Part shown: positions 30,926 through 41,161 of the stretch, in pieces
Numbering within the stretch: position 1 is the first letter of the stretch
Layout of the letters: the number at the start of each line of letters is the position of its first letter
DNA from: Coleofasciculus chthonoplastes F2-STO-03
GTDB taxonomy: Bacteria > Cyanobacteriota > Cyanobacteriia > Cyanobacteriales > Coleofasciculaceae
Direction: 5' to 3'
Assembly (NCBI GenBank): GCA_040222015.1
Contig: JAVJWO010000195.1
Location: 74,721 to 138,720, forward strand
Length of the DNA stretch: 64,000 nt
The notes under the pieces: model-generated
Told to the model about the DNA's origin: nothing
Seen by the model: the letters and a program-made list of their open reading frames with translations, nothing else
The model's database searches: none
Program-made: the position numbers and the translations under genes

Positions 30926-31771
30926 TCATCGGTGAAACGGTATAAAAAATAGCGGCAAACATGATAATAAACACCAGATAAATAAGTATAGATGAGTCGG
31001 GTTAGGTAAATGGATGTCAGCTAAGAGCGCTTCTATCCGTTCCTCAAGACGATTTTTAGGTGCAGTACAGCTAAAAGCCGCACAGACACTTTCAGAATGT
31101 ATCAGCGGTGTGCTTACAACCATCAACAGGGATTCCGCTAACAGTAAAAAATCAACCCGTTGTGCTGCCCATTGATCGGCTCTGATTTCTCGTAACAGTA
31201 ATAGTTCTTGCCATAGCGCTTCTGTATTGGTTAATCCATAAGAGAATCGCCGCATCCAGCCCAACCAAAAGAACCAAAATGTATCCCGATAATGAAAATG
31301 TCCGTCTTCATGGGTGAGAACCGCTTGCAAATGCTCAGTGTCCAGCGTTTCTAATAAGCCTTGACTCACCACCAGTTCCGGTTGCCAAAATCCGACTTGA
31401 GCGCTAAAAACTAAGGGTGTGTTGAGAAGACGGATTGGTCTACCATGAAGGGTTTGCTGAGGATAGGTGCAAACCTGTTGCCAAGAACGCCATCCGGCAA
31501 ACGCCAGTTTCAACCCGGACACTCCCACAAATCCTAAGAAAGTGCCAGCTAATCCATAACTGAACCAGCCCTCCCATCGCCAAACCATTTGCCCTTGGGG
31601 TCCCATGCAGACAATAGAGATTGCTGTCATCATCAGTAGCAATGGCGGAAATAAGAACTTGGTTAAGGCATTTTGCCAGCGCTGCTGATAACTAACCTCG
31701 TTTCCTGACCAACTAATGCGGGTTAACCAAGCCACGGCTAAAGCACTCAGAATTAGGATTAGATGAATCAT
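30926..31771 (-). CDS. M56-family (BlaR1/MecR1-like) membrane metallopeptidase
   Basis: HEDGH (HExxH), E.RAD, ERI, TM helices; ATGA overlap with the upstream regulator. Confidence 0.88.
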   Translation of the reverse strand: MIHLILILSALAVAWLTRISWSGNEVSYQQRWQNALTKFLFPPLLLMMTAISIVCMGPQGQMVWRWEGWFSYGLAGTFLGFVGVSGLKLAFAGWRSWQQVCTYPQQTLHGRPIRLLNTPLVFSAQVGFWQPELVVSQGLLETLDTEHLQAVLTHEDGHFHYRDTFWFFWLGWMRRFSYGLTNTEALWQELLLLREIRADQWAAQRVDFLLLAESLLMVVSTPLIHSESVCAAFSCTAPKNRLEERIEALLADIHLPNPTHLYLFIWCLLSCLPLFFIPFHR

Positions 31772-32187
31772 TGTTCCTCCCTCGCTTCACGAATGGCTTG
31801 CAAACGCTGGGCGATCGCGTCGAGTTGTTCTAGACTAGCTTGGTCGAGACTGTCGGCAAAGGCGGCGATGATATCGGGATTTCCCACCGCCAGGAATCGC
31901 TTCAACTGATCATGGGCTTGCAGCATCCGCGCCTGTTCCTGCGAGAGCAAGGGTTGCCAACGAAATGCCCGATCTTGGCGATCGCACGTTAGCCAGCCTT
32001 TTTGGGTGAGGCGGCGCAATACCGTGGTTACGGAAGCATAGGCTAACTCTCGATCTGGATCAGCCAAGATTAGTTCGTGGACATCTTTGGTGGTAGCCGA
32101 ACCGAGTTGCCAAATAATCTCTAAGATTTCTGCCTCTAATGGACCAAGAGAGAGTTGTTTGGGGCGGTAACTGGGCATGGGAACCAT
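31768..32187 (-). CDS. BlaI/MecI/CopY-family transcriptional repressor
   Basis: LGPLEAEIL..IW, LAYASVTTVLRRL..KG winged HTH. Confidence 0.92.
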   Translation of the reverse strand: MVPMPSYRPKQLSLGPLEAEILEIIWQLGSATTKDVHELILADPDRELAYASVTTVLRRLTQKGWLTCDRQDRAFRWQPLLSQEQARMLQAHDQLKRFLAVGNPDIIAAFADSLDQASLEQLDAIAQRLQAIREAREEQ

Positions 32188-32319
32188 AGGGATGCAATTA
32201 AAATCAGGGAATTGGATACCCAGTTTACCCGAATTTGACTTTAAAGCTGATTTGATATTGGCTGGGATACACTTATCGCGGCTCAAACAGCTAACGTGAT
32301 AAATTGGGATGCTTCCAAT

Positions 32320-33447
32320 TTATCCCCACAGCCGACGCCGAGGAGATCCATTGAGACGTTGATGAGTATCAGCTAGCAAACCAGGAATATCCAGTTGTTC
32401 CGGACAACGGGGTAAGCAGTCACCACAGCTTGTACACCGATTCCCTTTCACCCCAGCAAACCAGTGACCCGCATTTTCAAACATGCCATAGCGGTATGTC
32501 CCGTAATCTGTCATATCATAAGCTACAGCCAAATTCCGCAGCCTTAATACCTCTGGAATATTAATCATTTCCGGACAGGGCAAACATTGGTAACATTGGC
32601 TACAGCGATCCGTTCCTAAAGCCGTCTCAGCTTGGGTTTCTAACCGAGAAAATACCTCAATTTCCTGGGAAGTCAGGGAGTCATCTTGATCCGCAACGGC
32701 TAACGGTGCGTCCAATTCCTGTGGATTAGCCGGTCCTACACTCAAGGTGGTAATTCGGCGATCGCTCAATAAAAAACGATAGTTCAACTCCAGTGGCGAG
32801 AAGGGATAGCAGAGTTCAACCAGTTTCGCTGGGGGAGTGTAGAATCGTCCACCCTTATCCGCCGGAGATATGATAAACACCCCCATATCCTTCTGGTGCG
32901 CTAATTCTACGGCTGGAGCATGGCGCTGAAAGACGTAGTAATAATGTAGGTTGATAAATTCAAATAAATCGGTCTGGATTGCCGCTAATATGATCTCCAG
33001 GGGAGCATGAGTGGAAAAGCCAAGGTGTCTAATCCGACCCTCTGCTAAGGCGTCTTGTATCGCCTGCATACACCCTCTAGGGGACTCGACCCAGGTTAGA
33101 TGTTCCCAGGTGTTAATCCCATGAATGGCTAAGCAATCCAGATAGTCGAGCTGTAGACGTTCTAAGGATTCGTTAATCCACTGATCCATAACCTGAGGAT
33201 CAGGCGTTGGCGGTAGCTTGGTGGTAATCGTGAGTTGTTCTCGGGGTACTGGTAATTTTTTGAGGATATTCCCCAAATATAGCTCACTCTTACCATAACT
33301 ACGGGCGGTTTCTAGGTGATTAATCCCATTCGCGATCGCGTGCTGTATGGTTTGATCAGCATCGGACTCACCCGCCAAGCAGCGCATGGTTCCCAGGGAA
33401 AACACGGATAGCCACAGATTGGTTTTCCCAAACCGTCGATAATGCAT
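32320..33447 (-). CDS. Aldo/keto reductase with C-terminal Fe-S dicluster
   Basis: YRRFGKT, ETARSYG, GFSTH; CxxCxxCxxCP and CxxCxxCxxxCP. Confidence 0.9.
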   Translation of the reverse strand: MHYRRFGKTNLWLSVFSLGTMRCLAGESDADQTIQHAIANGINHLETARSYGKSELYLGNILKKLPVPREQLTITTKLPPTPDPQVMDQWINESLERLQLDYLDCLAIHGINTWEHLTWVESPRGCMQAIQDALAEGRIRHLGFSTHAPLEIILAAIQTDLFEFINLHYYYVFQRHAPAVELAHQKDMGVFIISPADKGGRFYTPPAKLVELCYPFSPLELNYRFLLSDRRITTLSVGPANPQELDAPLAVADQDDSLTSQEIEVFSRLETQAETALGTDRCSQCYQCLPCPEMINIPEVLRLRNLAVAYDMTDYGTYRYGMFENAGHWFAGVKGNRCTSCGDCLPRCPEQLDIPGLLADTHQRLNGSPRRRLWG

Positions 33448-33465
33448 TTCTCATCTTTGTATCAT

Positions 33466-33972
33466 TTAAGCTTCACCGCCCGTTTTAAATCCTTTATGCT
33501 GGGAAAAGTCTTCCGGTCGGATGCTCGATACAAACTCTCGGAAAGCCTGTCGTTCCTCTTCATCCGCATCTCGATCAACGGGTATTGATGCATCAGCGAT
33601 AACTTCTTCCATCACCCAGATTGGACTATCTGTGCGAAGCGCGATCGAGATCGCATCACTGGGTCTAGCATCAATTTCTTTTTTGGCTTCACCCTGACGA
33701 ATGCAGAGGATCGCATAGAAGGTATTATCTTGGAGTGAGTGGATAATAATCCGCTCCAACTTCATCTCCCATGTTTCCATGAGACCCACAAACAGATCAT
33801 GTGTCAGAGGGCGGGGAGCTTTTTGGCGTTCCAAAGCGCTGATAATTGCTTTTGCCTGATCTTGTCCAATGTAAATCGGCAGAGCGCGTCGCTCTAGTGA
33901 GTCTTTCAGCAGCACGATTGGGCTACGGGTGACAGCATCTAATGCAATTCCAGCAACTTTCATTTCAATCAT
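33466..33972 (-). CDS. Bifunctional nuclease family (DUF151)
   Basis: LPIYIG, PRPLTHDL, IDARPSDAI.IALR. Confidence 0.92.
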   Translation of the reverse strand: MIEMKVAGIALDAVTRSPIVLLKDSLERRALPIYIGQDQAKAIISALERQKAPRPLTHDLFVGLMETWEMKLERIIIHSLQDNTFYAILCIRQGEAKKEIDARPSDAISIALRTDSPIWVMEEVIADASIPVDRDADEEERQAFREFVSSIRPEDFSQHKGFKTGGEA

Positions 33973-34516
33973 TAGCTTAGCCTCTAGAATACAGTCGGCG
34001 TCGAGGGCATCAAAGCGAAGCAGTCAAGCCACATTGGATGGATTAAAACTAGAACAAGTATACTAGTTTATCCTTACTTCACCGATTAACCCCACAATCA
34101 GTCCTCTATCATTGAATTGGGCAGAGATCAAAAAGATTATCTTCTCCAAGTATGCCCCAGTCTCAGGACGTTTGTTTCGGGACTTTATGAAAAAAACACA
34201 TAACCGTTTATCCTTGTCCCCAATAGCTCTCTAGTGGTTAATCTCCCTCGCTTTGGTGAACTGCCACCTCCTTGCTTTATCTCCTAACTTTAAGATAGAC
34301 TCGTTTTGATCAGCTATGAAGTAAGTGCTTCAAGTGCTTAAATTGTCACTCTGGCTTGATGTATATCGCGGTACTTGGGTAGTACCAATCGTTAAACACT
34401 GGTTAGTTCAGAAGAGTTCCTTAGTTAGAGTTACCCTTCACTCCCGGCAAAAACATTTTATCACAGAGCCTCTATAATCGGCGATCCACGACCAGCTACT
34501 TTACTTTGATAACATC

Positions 34517-35233
34517 GTGTTCACAGGATTAATTCAAGCACTAGGCACCGTGCAACCGCTAGGCGGCGATCGCTTTCAGTTGTCTTGTCTTCCTGACAAT
34601 GCCGCCGTGATTCTACACAATCTTGCTATTGGTGATAGTGTAGCCGTTGATGGAATATGCTTGACGGTTGAGGAAATTTTGACCCAAGGCTTTGTGGCAA
34701 CCGCTTCGGATGAGACATTAAGTCGTACTACTCTGGGACAACGACATCAGGCAGCCACTTATGTGAATTTAGAAACATCGATACAAGTCGGCAGTAAACT
34801 AGGGGGACATTTTGTCACCGGTCACATTGATGGGATTGGTTCTCTTCAGGATTCTGTAAAAACAGCAAATTCCTGGATTATGTGTTTTACTGCACCAGCA
34901 TCCTTACAAAAGTCATGGCAGCGTCACATTGCTCGGTTTCTGGTGCCAAAGGGAAGTATTGCTGTCAATGGCGTCAGTTTAACCATTGCTGAGTGTGATC
35001 CCCAAGGAAGTTGGTTTAAGGTGGCAGTTATTCCCCACAGTTATGCTCAAACCAATTTGAGTTATTTGCAACCAGGAAGCTGGGTGAACTTAGAAAGCGA
35101 TATTTTAGGCAAGTATGTTGAGAGATTACTAGGGTATCAAGTCCCAAGTGCGAATTCTTTACCCATGAATGATATTTCACCACCCATGAATGATATTTCA
35201 CCTGAATTTCTCGCCGAACACGGGTATTTGTGA
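34517..35233 (+). CDS. ribE: Riboflavin synthase alpha chain
   Basis: MFTGLI, GDSVAVDGICLTV, GGHFVTGHID, KGSIAVNGVSLT. Confidence 0.96.
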   Translation: MFTGLIQALGTVQPLGGDRFQLSCLPDNAAVILHNLAIGDSVAVDGICLTVEEILTQGFVATASDETLSRTTLGQRHQAATYVNLETSIQVGSKLGGHFVTGHIDGIGSLQDSVKTANSWIMCFTAPASLQKSWQRHIARFLVPKGSIAVNGVSLTIAECDPQGSWFKVAVIPHSYAQTNLSYLQPGSWVNLESDILGKYVERLLGYQVPSANSLPMNDISPPMNDISPEFLAEHGYL

Positions 35234-35264
35234 ATTATGAAGTAATTGCTCTTCCTCAACCAAC

Positions 35265-35292
35265 AAAATCCCCCGTTAACAGACGGGGGATT
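35265..35292 (-). terminator. Intrinsic terminator downstream of fbaA, possibly bidirectional
   Basis: AATCCCCCGT-TAACAG-ACGGGGGATT stem with T-run on the minus strand, between convergent genes. Confidence 0.7.
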
Positions 35293-35322
35293 CGCTATAA
35301 ATGGGTGTTACCCGGTCAACGA

Positions 35323-36402
35323 TTAAGCCTTTACAGTTTGCTTAGTAACAGCCGCTAACTCGCCCTTAGCATACTTAGCCGCAAATTCATCCAATGTCAT
35401 TTGCTTAATCTTGCTAGCATTACCCGCCGTACCGAATTGCTGATAACGATCTGAGCAAACCTGCTTCATGTACTTAATAGAAGGCTTCATGAAATGGCGC
35501 GGGTCGAAGTTTTTAGGATCTTTGGCAGCCGCTTCGCGAATCGCGGCGGTGATTGCCAAACGATTGTCGGTATCAATGTTAACCTTACGCACACCGCTCT
35601 TAATGCCCTTTTGAATCTCTTCTACAGGCACACCGTAAGTTTCTGGAATTGCACCACCATATTGGTTGATCATATCCAGCCACTCTTGGGGTACAGAGGA
35701 AGAACCGTGCATCACCAAATGGGTATTAGGTAGACGGGTATGAATTTCCTCAATCCGGCTAATGGCAAGGATTTCACCCGTGGGCTTACGAGTAAATTTG
35801 TAAGCACCGTGGCTTGTGCCAATCGCTACGGCTAAAGCATCAACTTGAGTGCGCTCAACAAACTCAACCGCTTGATCCGGGTCAGTCAACAATTGTTCGC
35901 GGGACAGCTTACCTTCTGCACCGTGACCATCTTCCTTGTCACCCATACCCGTTTCCAAAGAACCGAGACAACCCAGTTCCCCTTCAACGCTGACGCCGAC
36001 AGAGTGAGCAACTTTTACCACTTCAGCCGTGACATTTACGTTGTACTCGAAGCTAGCTGGAGTTTTGGCATCTTCCTCCAGTGAACCGTCCATCATCACA
36101 CTGGTGAAACCATTGCGGATAGCCGAGTAGCAAGTAGCTGGACCATTCCCATGGTCTTGGTGCATAGCAATGGGGATATGGGGGTAAGTTTCCACTGCTG
36201 CCGTGATCAAGTGGCGCAGGAAGTTCTCACCTGCATATTTGCGAGCGCCGCGAGAGGCTTGTAGGATCACGGGGCTGTCAGCTTCATCAGCAGCCTGCAT
36301 AATTGCCAGGATCTGCTCCATGTTGTTAACGTTATATGCTGGAATGCCATAGCCATTCTCTGCCGCATGATCTAAAAGCAGCCGCATGGGTACGAGCGCC
36401 AT
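35323..36402 (-). CDS. fbaA: Class II fructose-bisphosphate aldolase
   Basis: [39 protein letters not shown]. Confidence 0.97.
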   Translation of the reverse strand: MALVPMRLLLDHAAENGYGIPAYNVNNMEQILAIMQAADEADSPVILQASRGARKYAGENFLRHLITAAVETYPHIPIAMHQDHGNGPATCYSAIRNGFTSVMMDGSLEEDAKTPASFEYNVNVTAEVVKVAHSVGVSVEGELGCLGSLETGMGDKEDGHGAEGKLSREQLLTDPDQAVEFVERTQVDALAVAIGTSHGAYKFTRKPTGEILAISRIEEIHTRLPNTHLVMHGSSSVPQEWLDMINQYGGAIPETYGVPVEEIQKGIKSGVRKVNIDTDNRLAITAAIREAAAKDPKNFDPRHFMKPSIKYMKQVCSDRYQQFGTAGNASKIKQMTLDEFAAKYAKGELAAVTKQTVKA

Positions 36403-36584
36403 AAAAAAGTCCTCCTAACTTTAGGTGTTTTGTCAGCTAGTCGTTTCTAGAAACTTAATTCTTAGAATAATCTTAAGATATTTTTCAGTTTATAGGAAAT
36501 TATCTCGTCAAGATTCTAAAATTAGTCTTCTTTATCAACTTTATAGTCCCTGACTATAAAGAAAAATAAGTAAATATGACAAAA

Positions 36585-36656
36585 TGGGTCGCCTGGGATT
36601 CGAACCCAAGACCAATCGGTTAAAAGCCGAGTGCTCTACCGCTGAGCTAGCGACCC
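36585..36656 (-). tRNA. tRNA-Lys(TTT)
   Basis: GGGTCGC acceptor stem, TAGCTCAG.GGTAGAGC D arm, CT-TTT-AA anticodon loop, GGTTCGAATCC T arm. Confidence 0.97.
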
Positions 36657-36724
36657 AAAGTCATGCGCGTTTTCAAGCGCCGTTTTCTACAATAGCAGAA
36701 ATCACCAAAAATGTAGAGGGTTTT

Positions 36725-37594
36725 TCAAAAAAAAGTGACGTTAAGTTGCACGGAAGTCTCCAAACTCTCTCCAGGAGCCAACTTGGTGAGATTCTCTCCT
36801 GTATTTAAGGCGTTACGGGGAGCGCTCCAGGGTTCTAAACAGTAATAGTCTTTGCCTTTAACCGTCCAGAAGACCAGAGTTGAGTAGAGTTCATCATAGC
36901 TCAGGGTTAGTTTTAACCGTCGTTGCTGATCCGTCACCGTTGCCGACTGACCTGTGATCGGGCGAAAGGCGATATCAATTTCATCCTCACTCCAATCAAA
37001 GTCGCCCTTGAAGGGGTAAACTTGTCCGGTTAGCTGATCTTGATACTCCGCCGCTGGAATCTCAAACTGTAGTTGGGTTTTATCTGAACTCAAGAAGTAC
37101 GGATGTAATCCTGTGGAAAAGGGCATAACCTCTGAAGACTGATTGGTATAGCGCTGGTGAATCGTTAAGGTATTGCCCTGAAGTTGGTACGTGAAGGTGA
37201 GTTGCCAGTCGAAGGGATAAACAGCGCGAGTCTGGTCATTACTATTGAGGACTAGGGTTAGGCTAACCAAATCATTCGTCACTCGTTCTGTGACGTGCCA
37301 GGGCAAATCGCGGGCGAAACCATGCTGTTTGAGTTGATAGGGTTTGCCCTGATGGGTGTAGGTATTGTCGGGTAAGTTGCCACAGATGGGAAACAGAATC
37401 GGGATACCACCCCGCACACTCAAGGTTGGGTCTCGAAACCGTTCGGCATCGAAGTAGAGGATGTCCTGACCTTGAACACTCCAGTGAGAAATTAGACCGC
37501 CGCGTTCGGGAACGACTTCCAACCGAGACTTAGAGTCTTGGGCAGTGAGGATATAGGTTGAGTATTGCTCCTGTTTGAGCGCGATCGCAAACAT
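36725..37594 (-). CDS. Aldose 1-epimerase family protein
   Basis: RGGIPILFP, HGFAR, GLHPYF, CLEPW. Confidence 0.92.
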   Translation of the reverse strand: MFAIALKQEQYSTYILTAQDSKSRLEVVPERGGLISHWSVQGQDILYFDAERFRDPTLSVRGGIPILFPICGNLPDNTYTHQGKPYQLKQHGFARDLPWHVTERVTNDLVSLTLVLNSNDQTRAVYPFDWQLTFTYQLQGNTLTIHQRYTNQSSEVMPFSTGLHPYFLSSDKTQLQFEIPAAEYQDQLTGQVYPFKGDFDWSEDEIDIAFRPITGQSATVTDQQRRLKLTLSYDELYSTLVFWTVKGKDYYCLEPWSAPRNALNTGENLTKLAPGESLETSVQLNVTFF

Positions 37595-37773
37595 CTGTCT
37601 GTTGATTTCCTTAATAATTGAGCGGCTGGAGTTAGCGGCACGACTAACTTTAACAAACTCTTCTCAAAAAAATGGTGCTAATTTTACAAATTCTTAACAA
37701 AAAGCCTTTAGGATAGTACATAAGCAATTCTTGTAATTTTAGGGTTCAGGGGTGCCTACAGGCGATAAGTTGG

Positions 37774-37817
37774 TTTTAGAGTGACACACATCACTCTAAA
37801 ATGTGTTGAGAATCACA
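37774..37817. promoter_or_regulatory. Tandem CRP-family-like operators
   Basis: TTTTAGAGTGA-N6-TCACTCTAAAA (perfect 11-bp arms) followed by TGTGT-N6-TCACA 22 bp downstream. Confidence 0.55.
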
Positions 37818-37906
37818 CCAAGCAACTGACACTTATCAAGGTCTTTAATGGGAAGATCGTCGATAGTGTTAGGAGTACCCCCTATGATTACAAATGCTTG
37901 GTTACC

Positions 37907-38140
37907 ATGATTCTTCGCACTCTAGTCCAATCGGCTCTTAAAACTGGCTGCCTCAGCGTTGCTTCTGAGGGGCTAATTCGCCAAATTCTGGAAATAAAAG
38001 GTTATCAAACATCAGACCTGGAGGCTTTGACTGTTCTTTATGAGGCGGTGAAGTCTGGTCAAATAGAGCGGGAGGCTCATTATACTCGTTTTCTATCATT
38101 TCCTGATCTGCACAGGCAAAGCGCTGTAACAGGCGTGTAA
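37907..38140 (+). CDS. Small conserved cyanobacterial hypothetical protein
   Basis: MILR.LVQ.AL.TG.LSV..E..IRQ.L...DL.AL..L..AV.SG.I pattern; start placed at ATG 37907. Confidence 0.7.
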   Translation: MILRTLVQSALKTGCLSVASEGLIRQILEIKGYQTSDLEALTVLYEAVKSGQIEREAHYTRFLSFPDLHRQSAVTGV

Positions 38141-39002
38141 ATCCCCCAGCTTCAACCTGGATCAGCATAGAGTGATCAGTAACCAAGGATTTACAGCAGG
38201 TTTGACCTCACGTTTCAGGGAAAGATTGAAAATCGGCTGGGCTCGAAGCCAATAAAGGGAGTCGTCGGTTAGCAAGAATCTGGATTTAAGCACCGCGAAA
38301 CTGAATAGGGTTAGCTTACTTGTGCGGCGATTCATCTCACGCCCTAGTTTTTCTATTGAGTCAGTTAAGGGAGTGAGGCTCAATTCCCCTATAAATCACC
38401 AGTTTAATGTGCTAAAATGCGACCAAAGGGTTAATTCCTTTCAAGTGTGATTTGTCAAGCAACAAAAGGCTGGCAAGTCGGCGGTGAAAGTAAACCCTTA
38501 ACACAAGCCTTAACTAAAGGTGAGGGAAGGCTATAAGTTTGGCGCTGTAATCAAAGATTCAGCGCTGGGATACATAGACATTCGCCCAAGTGAATTTTAC
38601 TCAGTCAATCCTGATAAAATTTACATTTTTCCGGACATGTCTAAACTTCAAACACCTACATAGTACCTATCAACCAGGATGTATAACCTGGATTAAAGTG
38701 CGCTAGTCTCAATGGCGAAATACACGGTTTTATTTTCTTTGTATGGCTCTTTACCAATGCCAATCCCTCAAATATCGGTTATTTGCTCACAGGTGAAATT
38801 GCTCTCCACCTTTACCTTGAGCCAAATTATCACCAACCAAATTATCACCAATGTTGTTGTCCCGATTCCGTTGAAGATCTCAAGGTTTTTTCTGTCTAGT
38901 GAAAAATATCCTGAATTGATGATCCAAATTCCGGTTAAATGCCAGCTAAATTTTTAAGCATTGACCGAGAAGTATAACGATAGTAGGGATATCATTGTTG
39001 AC

Positions 39003-39129
39003 GAGGGAAAACTGAGTCACCTTATCCGAAGTTAAGTTTGGATAAAAACGGTCCCTGAATTATCCTAAAGACCGGGGCGACTTGCTCCCAGACGTATTGG
39101 AAGAGTTATCTGCTTAGGAGAAGCCAAAT
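39003..39129 (+). ncRNA. Candidate structured 5' leader RNA, unnamed
   Basis: Nested stems GGGA/TCCC, GAGTCACC/GGCGACTT, TTATCCGAA/TTTGGATAA, CGGTC/GACCG, then GCTT-AGGAG-AAGC around the RBS. Confidence 0.45.
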
Positions 39130-39441
39130 ATGCTACACCGCAAGATTTATCAACTGTGTTGCGATGGTCGTGAGGTCTGTATTTTCTTGCGGGATCAGCA
39201 ACGTTGGATTGAACGCGCTCATATTGTTGATATTGAAGGGGATTTAGTCACCATTCGCTACGAAACTGACGAAGAAGACGAAATTTGCTCCTGGGAGGAA
39301 ATGGTTCGCTTAGAAAGCATCGGTTCAGTTACTCAAAAACTGGCTTCTGTGACGCGAGGAAATTTTGACCCGCTCGTGTCTGACGATTGTCCAGAAGCTG
39401 AACAAATTCACCCGCGCTTCCCTGAGTCTAATCAAGAGTAA
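39130..39441 (+). CDS. Conserved cyanobacterial protein, DUF6679-like
   Basis: MLHRKIYQLC.DGREV..FLRDQQRWIERA...WEEMVRLESIG; AGGAG RBS. Confidence 0.8.
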   Translation: MLHRKIYQLCCDGREVCIFLRDQQRWIERAHIVDIEGDLVTIRYETDEEDEICSWEEMVRLESIGSVTQKLASVTRGNFDPLVSDDCPEAEQIHPRFPESNQE

Positions 39442-39670
39442 AAAATTAGGTTTCATTGGTCATTGGTCATTTGTCCTTTGTTTACCCCCCGCTCCTCTGC
39501 TCCTCTAGAAGGGCGGGTTTAATCAAGTTATCAGTATGTAGCACGTAGCCAAATTTGATCTGTAAAACCCGCCCCTACACGGGGATATCCTCTAACTAAG
39601 TTTCTGTGGGAGGTGTGATCGATTGAACGCACCCCATCCAAATTAAAAATTCTGGATGGGGATTCTTATG

Positions 39671-41083
39671 CTAGGCTTTGCTTGGACCCCATAAGGTACT
39701 AAGCGTAACTGGCGTTCGCAGCGTCTGGGAGGAACTTCTGCCTGCCCAGACCCTAGTAAATTTACTATTAGTTAATACCGCGTACCAATATCTGGCGCCG
39801 ATGTTGTAGGAAGCAGATAGGTCAGCGTTGTAGCGCTTCCCATTCTGGAATATAGCTTGGGAATACTTCTTGTTACTCCGCTTAATTTTCCCACTACCGT
39901 CAAAGGCGTAAGCACTGGTGTATTTAGCGTTAACTTTGCGTACCTTTCCACCCAACTCGGAGAATTTCTGAATGGTTAGCTCAACCAGTTTGTCCTTGCA
40001 CCATTGGTGAAAACGCTGTTTTTGTAAAGATCCATGCTTCCCACCTTTAGCTTTCCAATTCGATAAGTCCTCGAACACAATCACGTTAACTTGATGTTCT
40101 TCAGCAAACTCAACAATCTGCCTAGAAACAGTTTGAGCAATATGTTTGTTGATATTTTTAGACTTTCGATACAAACCTTGACAGAAACCTTTAGGCAAGT
40201 CCTGGTTGATGATTTTTCGAGTTAGTTTGGACGCTCGTGCAATGCGCTGCTTACGTTGATCGCGACGGTCTATGTCTCCAGCAGGGTTAATGAACTTCCT
40301 AGCTTTTACAGTACCGTCTTTGCCAACTATTGAGCAGGTGGCTGTTGTGTTTATGCCAATGTCGATAGCACAAACATAATCTGAATCAGGTAGAGGTTGA
40401 GGGTTGATCTCAATGGGCATGGAAAGATGAATACTTCGCTTGTTGGCAATCAGAGAAGGAGACAACAGCTTTGCCCCCTTTCTGGTGTGCCGACTTTTTC
40501 CATGTTTTTTGATGGAAACACCTTGCATCCAAACCCAATCAGTACCATTCCATATTTTCAGATCAACAGAGGTGAAACTGGAATGATATTTAATTTGCTG
40601 ACCTTTGTACATGGCTGGATAGCTGTTGCACATCGAGGTCAATTTGGGAGGCTTGTCGTACCGATGTTTCTGTTCTCCTCTTTTCCAGGCATCCCACCGA
40701 GTAACGAAGCTGCTGGCAATGCCTAGAGCATCTTGAATTGCAGCACGTCTTAGGTAGCTGGGAAACTTGCGAAATGAAGGATGGTTGCTGATAGCTTTGT
40801 GGAAGTACCAATAGTATTTAGGACTGAGGTTGTCTACTGTCTTGTGAATCAGCTTTTCTAAAGTATTGACTTTTTCTGAACTGTTTAATCTAGAGAGATT
40901 TTCCCAATTCCAATAGCTAATGAGTACCAACGGCTTCAGAAAAAGGCGATATTCTGCTACGGTCAAGACGGCTAATCGGTGCTGCTCTTGCGTCATAACT
41001 AATTGCCAAACATCGGTTCTGATGCTTGACTCTTTTTGCGCCTTTTTCCGTTTGGATTGCTTTTTAGCCCTTTTCTTAACCAT
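39671..41083 (-). CDS. tnpB: TnpB-family nuclease, large type lacking the zinc finger
   Basis: RuvC AIDIG, FEDL, NADLSASYNIGAR; AYAFDGSG replaces the Cys motifs; start uncertain (41083 or 41113). Confidence 0.88.
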   Translation of the reverse strand: MVKKRAKKQSKRKKAQKESSIRTDVWQLVMTQEQHRLAVLTVAEYRLFLKPLVLISYWNWENLSRLNSSEKVNTLEKLIHKTVDNLSPKYYWYFHKAISNHPSFRKFPSYLRRAAIQDALGIASSFVTRWDAWKRGEQKHRYDKPPKLTSMCNSYPAMYKGQQIKYHSSFTSVDLKIWNGTDWVWMQGVSIKKHGKSRHTRKGAKLLSPSLIANKRSIHLSMPIEINPQPLPDSDYVCAIDIGINTTATCSIVGKDGTVKARKFINPAGDIDRRDQRKQRIARASKLTRKIINQDLPKGFCQGLYRKSKNINKHIAQTVSRQIVEFAEEHQVNVIVFEDLSNWKAKGGKHGSLQKQRFHQWCKDKLVELTIQKFSELGGKVRKVNAKYTSAYAFDGSGKIKRSNKKYSQAIFQNGKRYNADLSASYNIGARYWYAVLTNSKFTRVWAGRSSSQTLRTPVTLSTLWGPSKA

Positions 41084-41161
41084 AGCCTCGACCTGAGCCT
41101 GTATGGATATCATGTTACACTTGAACGACTTAGTTGTCAATTTGGTTGTGAAATTAGCTAC

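Noticed and set aside
36584..36808. 74-aa ORF
   Set aside because: Antisense to tRNA-Lys.
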